A stretch of 10,638 nt of DNA from an archaeon (GTDB lineage: Archaea; EX4484-52; B79-G9), in assembly GCA_043813875.1 (NCBI GenBank), contig JBDRKP010000024.1, positions 1 through 10,638 on the forward strand, written 5' to 3'. The translations under genes and the position numbers were made by a program. Below are positions 1 to 6,614 of this stretch, piece by piece. The notes under the pieces were generated by a model, which saw nothing but the letters and a program-made list of their open reading frames with translations, was not told the origin of the DNA and did no database searches. How positions within the stretch are numbered: the first letter of the stretch is position 1; every line of letters starts with the position of its first letter.

Positions 1-29
1 ATACGATCGACGTACTGGCAGGAAGGGTA

Positions 30-1607
30 TTGGAATCATACATCCATACAAAAGAAAGAGAGTCAAAAGACCCTGCATGGAAAAACAGGATATACACCAA
101 CAGGAAAAAGCTTGCCCGCCATATCGAGGCATTCCACAGGAATTCAGGCACCCTGACTGAAGGCGTAAAGGAAAAGATAGGGCACCTCTGCGACAAGAAA
201 GACTGCATATTCCTCATGACAGCCCACCAGACAAACTTCCTTCCCTATTCAGGCATAATCAGGAAAACCACGCTCATGCATGCCATAAAAGAAAAGCTTA
301 AGGGCCTTTGCGGCACCGAGGTGATCGAATTCTACGGCATCGCCAACCAGGACATGGCATCATCATGGCCATGGCTAAGAACCACGCAGCTTCCAAGTGT
401 CTTTCATAAAAACGGCATTTTCGAACTTTCACACGACCAAAAAAAGGAATTTGATATGAAGATACACGCCGCAGTCCCGAAACCGGAAAGGCATGACATT
501 GGAAGATGGGGAGCAGGCATAAAAGAATGGATGAGCGTCTGCCAGGCCGCGATAGAAAGTCACGGGCATAAGATCTCACCGCAAAAGAAAAAAGAACTGT
601 ACCGCAATTACGAAGATTTCATGGAGCTCATGAATAAGTCAAATGACCGGGCGCGCAACTTCGCAGAATTCAACGCGATCTCGCTCTCAAAAATCGTCAA
701 TGATCATTTTCATCACGATACGCTCTTTTCACTGTTCACGGACAGCCAGAAGATCTTCGACAGGGAATTCCTGTTCCTGCTTGAAAATCACAAGGCATAT
801 CACTCCTGCCTTGGAAGTGCCAGTCGTACAGAAGACTGCGCGATTGCCCCGTTCTGGTATCACTGCGAATGCCTTGGCAAAGTCGGGCTCATGATAACAG
901 AAACCAAAACATCGCTTGAACTGTCCGGGAAATGCCCCTCGTGCAGCAAGATTCACGCATTCCGGCTTGAGAAAGACAACTCATATTCCGGGTTCAGGAA
1001 GATATCGAACCACATCTCCGCAAGAGCGCGTCCCATGACGCTCGTCTTTTTTCATGGCCTTGCAGCGAACATGTACGTAGGTGGCGCTCTTGCAAACAAG
1101 TGTTATCTCAAAGACGCAGAGCGCATGGCAGAGAAGATGGACCTGAACTTCCCCCCCGTCGCAGTCTGGCGCCCCAGGGAAAGATACGATGGCCTTGGCC
1201 AGCTCTCGTGCGAACTGATAAAAAAAAGCGAATGTGATGGCCATACCCTGGAAGGCGCCATACGCCGGCTGGAAGATGAACTGAGTGCCATAAACACAGA
1301 AATCGAAAAGCTCGATGCGCTCATAAGGCGCACCACATCCGCGCACGAGCGCATGAGGCTGATCGCAGAAAAGAACAGTATCCGAAAAAACTCCAACACC
1401 ATGGCGATCTCAAAAAAAATATCATGCTTAAAGAAAATACCTGGAACCGAATCAGTTATCCCGTCGATACTGGACTACGCGATAAACATCGGGCTCAAAA
1501 AGACGCGCGACGGGTGGTTGGACCACCTTCTGGGTTGCGGCGACCTGAAAAAGGAGCTGGCGCTAAGGTCAATAATAGGGCGGGGTAATGGCGATGAGAC
1601 ACAATGA
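30..1607 (+). CDS. Divergent BshC-like putative amide ligase with Cys-rich (probable Zn-binding) insert and C-terminal coiled coil; probably 5'-truncated
   Basis: 525-aa ORF. Motifs occur in BshC order: LMTAHQTNFLPYSGIIRK (cf. BshC VVTGQQxGLxxGPLYTxxK), EFYGIANQD (cf. PVFWxAGEDHD), MYVGG...FPPVAVWRP (cf. YxGGPGE...MPPxxPR), then a heptad-rich helix LEGAIRRLEDELSAINTEIEKLDALIRR. Insert PFWYHCEC...KCPSC lies at nt ~849-944. The frame is open from nt 3 to the TTG at 30, so the real start may lie before the window. Confidence 0.6.
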   Translation: MESYIHTKERESKDPAWKNRIYTNRKKLARHIEAFHRNSGTLTEGVKEKIGHLCDKKDCIFLMTAHQTNFLPYSGIIRKTTLMHAIKEKLKGLCGTEVIEFYGIANQDMASSWPWLRTTQLPSVFHKNGIFELSHDQKKEFDMKIHAAVPKPERHDIGRWGAGIKEWMSVCQAAIESHGHKISPQKKKELYRNYEDFMELMNKSNDRARNFAEFNAISLSKIVNDHFHHDTLFSLFTDSQKIFDREFLFLLENHKAYHSCLGSASRTEDCAIAPFWYHCECLGKVGLMITETKTSLELSGKCPSCSKIHAFRLEKDNSYSGFRKISNHISARARPMTLVFFHGLAANMYVGGALANKCYLKDAERMAEKMDLNFPPVAVWRPRERYDGLGQLSCELIKKSECDGHTLEGAIRRLEDELSAINTEIEKLDALIRRTTSAHERMRLIAEKNSIRKNSNTMAISKKISCLKKIPGTESVIPSILDYAINIGLKKTRDGWLDHLLGCGDLKKELALRSIIGRGNGDETQ

Positions 1608-2211
1608 ATACGTGAATGAGAAATACAATCAATGGATAAGCGAAAATTCAGGTGTGAGCATAATGGGCTACGGGAACAAGTCCTCACAGGATACAAGGTT
1701 CGACGCGCTCATGAAGATCGGCGGCATGTCAGGCAAAACCGTTCTCGATATCGGATGCGGCAGGGGCGACTTTGCAAGGAGAGCCACAGAGAAAGGCATC
1801 ATGTTCAAAAAATACCTGGGCACAGACATTGTCCAAAAGATGATTGACATCGCAAAAGAGATGAACAGCATGAACAACACCGAATTCAGGGTTCTTGACA
1901 TTCTTGATACACAAGAGTTGCTGTCATTCGATTATGTGCTGATGTCAGGTACCCTGAACCTGAATGTCCCGGACACGCTCAACATAGCCAAATGCCTGAT
2001 AAGAAAGGCATATGAGATCGCAGGCATCGCCGTCGGCTTCAACATGACAAGCACGCTTGGAGACCCCGGGTGCAGGACATCTCACACATACTACTTCGAC
2101 CCGTTTGAGATATTGAGATTCTGCAGCACCTTGACAAGAGACCTCTGCTTCGACCACACCTACCTGCCCCACGATTTCACGATCTTCATGTACAAGAAAG
2201 CCAACAGATGA
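1588..2211 (+). CDS. Class I SAM-dependent methyltransferase
   Basis: Motif I VLDIGCGRGDF, acidic YLGTDI, FDYVLMSG and C-terminal DHTYLPHDFTIFMYK. Overlaps the upstream gene by 20 nt, suggesting an operon. Confidence 0.9.
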   Translation: MAMRHNEYVNEKYNQWISENSGVSIMGYGNKSSQDTRFDALMKIGGMSGKTVLDIGCGRGDFARRATEKGIMFKKYLGTDIVQKMIDIAKEMNSMNNTEFRVLDILDTQELLSFDYVLMSGTLNLNVPDTLNIAKCLIRKAYEIAGIAVGFNMTSTLGDPGCRTSHTYYFDPFEILRFCSTLTRDLCFDHTYLPHDFTIFMYKKANR

Positions 2212-2241
2212 TGTCACGAGAAAATGCCAGGAAGAGCCCTG

Positions 2242-2392
2242 CTGGAATCGGCATTGCGATATCTAAAAAAAGAAGCCCGGAATTCCGAAAAAAAAGATTT
2301 CATCCCGGATAATCTCATCTGGCCACCCCAAAATATAAAAAAAGAAAGCCATAGGCCGTTTTGCTGCCGTATTCTCCTCTCATGCGCCCCAT
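2242..2392 (+). repeat. Degenerate direct-repeat copy (pseudogene fragment) of 4177-4328
   Basis: Aligns by eye to 4177-4328. The last 65 nt (2328-2392 vs 4264-4328) match at 57/65 without gaps and include an exact 18-mer, TAGGCCGTTTTGCTGCCG. It encodes LESALRYL (cf. LASALEYL) and then has a +1 frameshift in an A run. Confidence 0.9.
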
Positions 2393-2513
2393 CGATATAT
2401 CTTGTTTTCAGTATTTTTGTGCATAAAACATTCCGGCTAAAGCCTGAATTCCCGGATTTCTCAGCCTGCTTGCAGGAAATCTGTTGCATGCCTTTTTTCA
2501 ATCGCAATCGTCT

Positions 2514-2744
2514 TCAGTCAATGAGCCTCAAAAACTCTTCGCGTGTCAGGCCAAGCTGCCTGATGATCGCTCTCAACGTGCCTTTTGCGATCCCGGCATG
2601 GTTAGGTACGGTGATTCTTCGGTGCGGCTCATCTTTTTGCCTTAGGATTATGTGGCTGCCGGTCTGGTGGTCTGCCTCGTAGCCCAGCCGGACTATAGCC
2701 CTGACTATGTCTTTTGAACAAAGAGAGGCAGGCAATTTAGGCAC
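2514..2744 (-). CDS. hicA: HicA family toxin (type II TA, dsRBD-like mRNA interferase)
   Basis: 76 aa, GTG start. LGYEADHQTGSHIIL contains the catalytic GSH; ITVPNH and IAKGTLRAIIRQLGLTREEF are typical HicA motifs. Overlaps hicB by 8 nt. Confidence 0.95.
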   Translation of the reverse strand: MPKLPASLCSKDIVRAIVRLGYEADHQTGSHIILRQKDEPHRRITVPNHAGIAKGTLRAIIRQLGLTREEFLRLID

Positions 2745-2952
2745 TCACATCGACCACGTCTTCAGTGATTGTTGGGGGTATAGGCTCATTGTGTTTTTTC
2801 AGGCTCGCAAGATATCCCGCTACCGCCTCTTTGATGTTCTCAAGCGCTTCTTGTCTTGTCTTTCCCTGCGAAATGCATCCTGGCAGGGTTGGACATTCTG
2901 CCACATAAATCCCGTCTTCATCAAGTTCTATGATTATCCTGAATTTCATCAT
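2737..2952 (-). CDS. hicB: HicB family antitoxin (short form, no C-terminal DNA-binding domain)
   Basis: MMKFRIIIELDEDGIYVAECPTLPGCISQGKTRQEALENIKEAV is a classic HicB N-terminal domain. Start moved from 2976 to ATG 2952 (or 2949) because of the GTGAT SD-like motif and the TATA box at 2980-2987. Confidence 0.93.
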   Translation of the reverse strand: MMKFRIIIELDEDGIYVAECPTLPGCISQGKTRQEALENIKEAVAGYLASLKKHNEPIPPTITEDVVDVSA

Positions 2953-2979
2953 GATCACTAAAATAATAGGTATCATTGA

Positions 2980-2987
2980 TATTTAAA
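2980..2987 (-). promoter_or_regulatory. Putative archaeal TATA box for hicB-hicA
   Basis: TTTAAATA on the minus strand, about 28 nt upstream of ATG 2952. Confidence 0.6.
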
Positions 2988-3052
2988 AATTTGCTGTCAT
3001 CTTCAGCAAAGCCATCAGATTAAATCCTATTGTTCTGTATATGCCCGTGGCC

Positions 3053-3135
3053 ATGAAGGAAAGAACCTGATGGTGATGATCCCGGCCTGCAACGAAAAAA
3101 AGACAATATAATTGGCGATTAAAAAGATTCCGGCC
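3053..3135 (+). pseudogene. N-terminal remnant of a GT2 glycosyltransferase
   Basis: The frame from 3061 reads KNLMVMIPACNEKKTI*LAIKKIP, matching the GT2 N-terminus xSVxIPAYNEExTIxxVIxxIP. In-frame TAA at 3109-3111; the ATG at 3053 is out of frame; no further GT2 similarity downstream. Confidence 0.75.
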
Positions 3136-3382
3136 GCCGGGACGTTCTATTCCTTATCCTGGTTTGAAGATACAAACTTGCCGAAAACCGGCTATTTCAG
3201 ATACCATATCTGCTCAGGAATTGCAGGATCAGCGTCACCACGGTCATGCACAACACATCCAGGGCTCTTTCCTTCACATATCCCTGCCTACGTATTTGGC
3301 AATCTCCATGTCACGTCAAACCGCAGCTGGTGGCAAAAAATAAGCAGTCATATCCCGTAGAGCTCAGCGCCGCCATCATCAA

Positions 3383-3670
3383 TTATTTCAAGCCAATTAG
3401 TTTCCGGAATTTGTTTGTGATCTTGTCTGCCTTTTCTTCGCTGGGGGCAATCACCCTAAAGGAAAGATAATCTTCACCAGGATAGTTAGATATTAGAATA
3501 GAGTAACCATGCCCCGTTAATCTGTATCTTCCATCTTGAGGATCAAAATCACTTTTAAGATATTCAGGGCATTCTTTCAATTTTTCTTCCAAATCTGTAT
3601 CAGGAACGACTGTGCCCTCAGTTAAAAACGAGTATCTGCCGTTTTCTAAACAGGACTTATACGTATGCAT
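3383..3670 (-). CDS. Hypothetical protein (95 aa)
   Basis: ATG preceded by a strong SD (AGGTGAT) and an AATATAAA box at ~3716-3723. Normal globular composition. Divergent from the gene at 3805. Confidence 0.75.
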   Translation of the reverse strand: MHTYKSCLENGRYSFLTEGTVVPDTDLEEKLKECPEYLKSDFDPQDGRYRLTGHGYSILISNYPGEDYLSFRVIAPSEEKADKITNKFRKLIGLK

Positions 3671-3804
3671 ATGATATCACCTGCGCATTCTTTCTATTGC
3701 TAATGCACCGATAGGTTTATATTGTTTCATGTTCACCGGCATGTGGCAGCCCCAAAATATTTAAAAGCGTGTCTGCTTTAGGATGTTGTTCTCAGGTGTC
3801 TTAT

Positions 3805-4290
3805 ATGTCCAGTGATATCAGCGAAGCCATATCCTGTATCGATAAGTTCTTTGAATACAAAAAGGATAAACTGAAAAACAACGATAAGCTCTATCATCTC
3901 TCTGTTGCAGTCGCGTACGCCGTCCATGAGATAGACAAGGATAACTATTCATCTCCGCCCTGCTGCGTTGCCGGAGTAATACTGATGACAGCAAGGGACA
4001 TCACAGGCATAGAATCTCTCGATTATGTGATCAATCCAAGAGAGCTTGAAAAAGAAGGCCTCTGCAATTCACGCAAAATAAGATATGACTACGATAGGTT
4101 CAGGAAGGACACAAAGAAGCTCTCCATCAATGATATCCTGGATCTTTGCAGGCACAGGTCAGATGAGGATTTCCGCCTGGCATCGGCATTGGAATATCTT
4201 GAGAAGAAGCCCGGAGTTCCGCCAAAAAAAGATATCCTCGAGGGTTATCATTGTCCGCCCGCTCCAAAATACAAAAAAAGAAGGCTCTAG
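3805..4290 (+). CDS. Hypothetical protein (161 aa) resembling a single TFB/TFIIB cyclin-box repeat, with a basic C-terminal tail
   Basis: Start moved to ATG 3805 (SD AGGTG at 3794-3798; TTTAAAA at 3760-3766). SSPPCCVAGVILMTAR and NPRELEKEGLCNSRKIRYDYDRF align by eye with the TFB repeat motifs KSPxGxAAAALYIA and [23 protein letters not shown]. The CDS is well supported; the fold call is tentative. Confidence 0.6.
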   Translation: MSSDISEAISCIDKFFEYKKDKLKNNDKLYHLSVAVAYAVHEIDKDNYSSPPCCVAGVILMTARDITGIESLDYVINPRELEKEGLCNSRKIRYDYDRFRKDTKKLSINDILDLCRHRSDEDFRLASALEYLEKKPGVPPKKDILEGYHCPPAPKYKKRRL

Positions 4291-4406
4291 GCCGTTTTGC
4301 TGCCGCATTCCCCTCTCGGGCGCCCCATGAGTCCGCGCCAGAACATATTTAATGCTTCAGGAAAAATAACAATCCTGCCGGCGTCTATGAGCGACAGAGT
4401 GATGAT

Positions 4407-4844
4407 ATGATGGAACAAAAAATACTGACATTTGAAAATGATGCCATGCCGGGCATTGAAAAATATTTCGCCATGAAACAGAACTACTACCCGGATCTGT
4501 GCGAAGTCAGGAAAGATACTGTCCTGACGCTCATCAGCATCTATCGTGAAGACAAAAATAGATGGGTGATCACGCCTGACATTGTCGATTTTATCAAAAT
4601 GAATGATCAGGATCTGTACAGTAAATATGATAACTGCGACAGCATGCATCAGGAAAAATATCTGATCAGGAGCGTAGGGCAGAACCTGCAATTGACATCG
4701 AAGCTGGGATTCATAAAAAAAGACGGGTTTGTATCTCAATATAGATTGAAAGACGAATACAGACACATGATCGATGAGATAGAGAAATGCGTGAAAGGCA
4801 CCGTATGCGGGGACGATAAATCAGAAATTTGCCGGAAGGGCTGA
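4407..4844 (+). CDS. Hypothetical protein, probable winged-helix DNA-binding domain
   Basis: 145 aa with SD GAGTGATGAT. Helix VLTLISIYRE, WVITPDIVDFI, recognition-like helix IRSVGQNLQLTSKLGFIKK and wing DGFVSQYRL fit a wHTH pattern. Confidence 0.6.
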   Translation: MMEQKILTFENDAMPGIEKYFAMKQNYYPDLCEVRKDTVLTLISIYREDKNRWVITPDIVDFIKMNDQDLYSKYDNCDSMHQEKYLIRSVGQNLQLTSKLGFIKKDGFVSQYRLKDEYRHMIDEIEKCVKGTVCGDDKSEICRKG

Positions 4845-5061
4845 TTCTGGCCACAGGGTGCTTTTGTAAAGACCATCTTGAATGCGCCAAAGGACCCGGC
4901 GCAGTACATGTGAAAGAGAATCGCAGGCGATTTTTTGCGCGTGACGCGGAGAGCATCAACAAATCTTCTTTGCGGATATGTCCGGGCATCACCCCCCTTT
5001 GTGAGAAAGATATGCAACGGCTGTGTCTGTTGAAAATTCCCTGTATGTTGTAAAGGGCAGT

Positions 5062-5377
5062 CTACATTTCTTCAAGGATTGCATTGATTTTTGTTTTTAA
5101 ATAAGGGATCTCATCTTTTATGACAGTCCAGACGCGTTCAAGATTCACATCGAAATACGCATGAATCAGCTTGTCTCGCATCCCTGCAATGTCTTTCCAC
5201 GGGATTTTCGGATACTTATCTTGTTGCTTCGCCGATTATCTCTATCCCTCTCATGACTCCATACTGTGTTTTAGCATCTGCCATAAACTGCTCTTTGCTC
5301 ATATCAGATGTAAATTCCTCTATCAGAGCGATGTTTTTCAAGATATCTTCAAGGAATATTGTGATATCTTTTTTCAT
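5062..5377 (-). pseudogene. hepT: HEPN/DUF86 (HepT-like) ribonuclease toxin, frameshifted
   Basis: ATG 5377 gives MKKDITIFLEDILKNI...RGIEIIGEAT, then TAA at 5218-5216. Another frame from 5220 continues DKYPKIPWKDIAGMRDKLIHAYFDVNLERVWTVIKDEIPYLKTKINAILEEM* (TAG 5064-5062) with an intact RX4HXY motif. The usual KxIPxxxK linker is missing at the break. Confidence 0.92.
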
Positions 5378-5673
5378 AACATCGATACCTCTTCTCTTAG
5401 TATCTGGTCTTTTAACCGCGGATGTATAGTGCAATACTCAACAATATCTACCTTCTTTCCAACACGCTCTTCCAACTCTCTCTCAATCCTCACGATATCA
5501 AGCAGGCTTTTCTTCCCCCTTATCTCGACAAGGATATCGATATCGCTTCCTTTCTTCTGTTCCCCGCGCGCATAAGACCCGAAAATGCCTGCCCTTACGA
5601 CGCCGTTCTTTTTGAGGATGGGAATAATCGCTTTCCTGATCTCGTCTAATCTTTCGTCATTTTTGATCGTCAT
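5374..5673 (-). CDS. mntA: Minimal nucleotidyltransferase (MNT, MntA-like antitoxin)
   Basis: 99 aa. GIFGSYARGEQKKGSDIDILVE is an exact GSX10DXD motif; also VGKKVDIV. ATGA overlap with the HEPN gene. Confidence 0.93.
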   Translation of the reverse strand: MTIKNDERLDEIRKAIIPILKKNGVVRAGIFGSYARGEQKKGSDIDILVEIRGKKSLLDIVRIERELEERVGKKVDIVEYCTIHPRLKDQILREEVSML

Positions 5674-5863
5674 GCATTCTAGTTGTCCGCGCTCATTAAC
5701 AAATCTTGACAGCGCCCTTCCCGTCCGTGCCTAAAAATATCCTGCATATCAAGGGCAAAAAAAGCACACATTGACATTACGGACTTGCATGATGACTCGT
5801 GCAATATCAGAAAAGCAGGAAAAACCGCAGATATTGGCCTGTTAGCCTTGCAAGAAAGTGATT

Positions 5864-6013
5864 TTATTCCTTGATTGTGCCATTGGGCTTATAGAATGAT
5901 TCGAACACAGACACTTCTTCTGGCGTTTTGCCTGGACCAAGCCTGCCCTGGAAGTATTTTTCCAGCCCGATTTCTTTCATTGTCTTGTAAACAACACGGT
6001 TACTATGAGTCAT
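5864..6013 (-). CDS. Small hypothetical protein (49 aa), absent from the ORF track
   Basis: MTHSNRVVYKTMKEIGLEKYFQGRLGPGKTPEEVSVFESFYKPNGTIKE*. SD-like GTGATGAT just upstream (same motif as before ORF 4407) and TATATATA at 6057-6064 with an A-rich BRE-like flank. Confidence 0.6.
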   Translation of the reverse strand: MTHSNRVVYKTMKEIGLEKYFQGRLGPGKTPEEVSVFESFYKPNGTIKE

Positions 6014-6035
6014 AGTATCATCACTTTTGTGATGA
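6001..6035. promoter_or_regulatory. Two adjacent perfect inverted repeats (candidate operators or RNA hairpin)
   Basis: TACTATGA-G-TCATAGTA (6001-6017) is immediately followed by TCATCAC-TTTT-GTGATGA (6018-6035). Together they cover the start codon and SD of the 49-aa ORF. Confidence 0.55.
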
Positions 6036-6122
6036 GTATTATTTCATTAGAACGGGTATATATAGTTTATCTGTTCCATCCCATCCGCCATGCTGAAGTG
6101 TAACTGCGGTTGGAAGACGGGT

Positions 6123-6536
6123 TTAACGGCTGGGCCGTCTCTGGGGTATGAGCGCTACAACCTCTTTTGGCGCGCCGTAACAGGAGACAAACTCAAAGAA
6201 GTCGCGTTCAGGGATATCCGGTGCATTGACAGGGGTTTCCCCTGGACTGTATGCCTCGGATCCGACTGGTTTTTTCTCTCTTAATTTGATGCCTGCACTG
6301 TCAGTTTGATCGATAATTATGGGATATTCCGGATCCATGCCGTTTTGCAGGATATACGCCTCGTCGAAGACATACGGGTTCATCGATACTCTTCCTCTGT
6401 CTGTCGGCCTTGCTATGATCAATAAAAGGTACGAATTATCCACTGCATGCAGTTGATCCGGCAACATTGCGGTTGCTGGCCGGATCTGCAAGCTCTCATG
6501 CAAAGATGCCTTCCTTCGCCAACCGTCACCAATCAT
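6123..6536 (-). CDS. Hypothetical protein (~137 aa)
   Basis: Open frame with protein-like codon use in the 3' half. ATG 6536 follows GAGTGGTG (alternative GTG start at 6542). No recognisable motif. Confidence 0.5.
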   Translation of the reverse strand: MIGDGWRRKASLHESLQIRPATAMLPDQLHAVDNSYLLLIIARPTDRGRVSMNPYVFDEAYILQNGMDPEYPIIIDQTDSAGIKLREKKPVGSEAYSPGETPVNAPDIPERDFFEFVSCYGAPKEVVALIPQRRPSR

Positions 6537-6556
6537 CACCACTCACAAGTGAAACA

Positions 6557-6564
6557 TTTATAAA
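6557..6564. promoter_or_regulatory. Palindromic TATA box (TTTATAAA) between divergent genes
   Basis: Preceded on the plus strand by BRE-like GTGAAACA. Lies about 50 nt before the flippase ATG and about 20 nt before the minus-strand ORF start. Confidence 0.55.
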
Positions 6565-6614
6565 GATACCCACATAAATCTCCACAGTCATTATATGGCG
6601 CCACAGGTGTAAAT

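Noticed and set aside
2224..2682. 152-aa plus-strand ORF
   Set aside because: A chance read-through of the frameshifted repeat copy into the antisense strand of hicA.
3112..3360. 82-aa ORF MAIKKIPA...
   Set aside because: It begins right after the internal stop of the GT2 remnant, has no SD, and the remainder is unrecognisable.
4829..5053. 74-aa Cys-rich ORF and overlapping minus-strand ORFs
   Set aside because: TTG start without an SD and no motif; probably intergenic or decayed sequence between convergent genes.
5216..5434. 72-aa ORF as a complete gene
   Set aside because: It is the 5' half of the frameshifted HEPN gene with a spurious extension into mntA; the true start is 5377.
5785..5804. 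Imperfect palindrome TTGCATGA-TGAC-TCGTGCAA upstream of mntA
   Set aside because: A single 7/8 inverted repeat over 100 nt from the start codon; too weak to call as an operator or terminator.
6090..6284. 64-aa plus-strand ORF starting MLKCNCG, about 26 nt after TATATATA
   Set aside because: It overlaps the more protein-like minus-strand ORF, lacks a second Cys pair, and the TATA is explained by the 49-aa gene. Not fully excluded.
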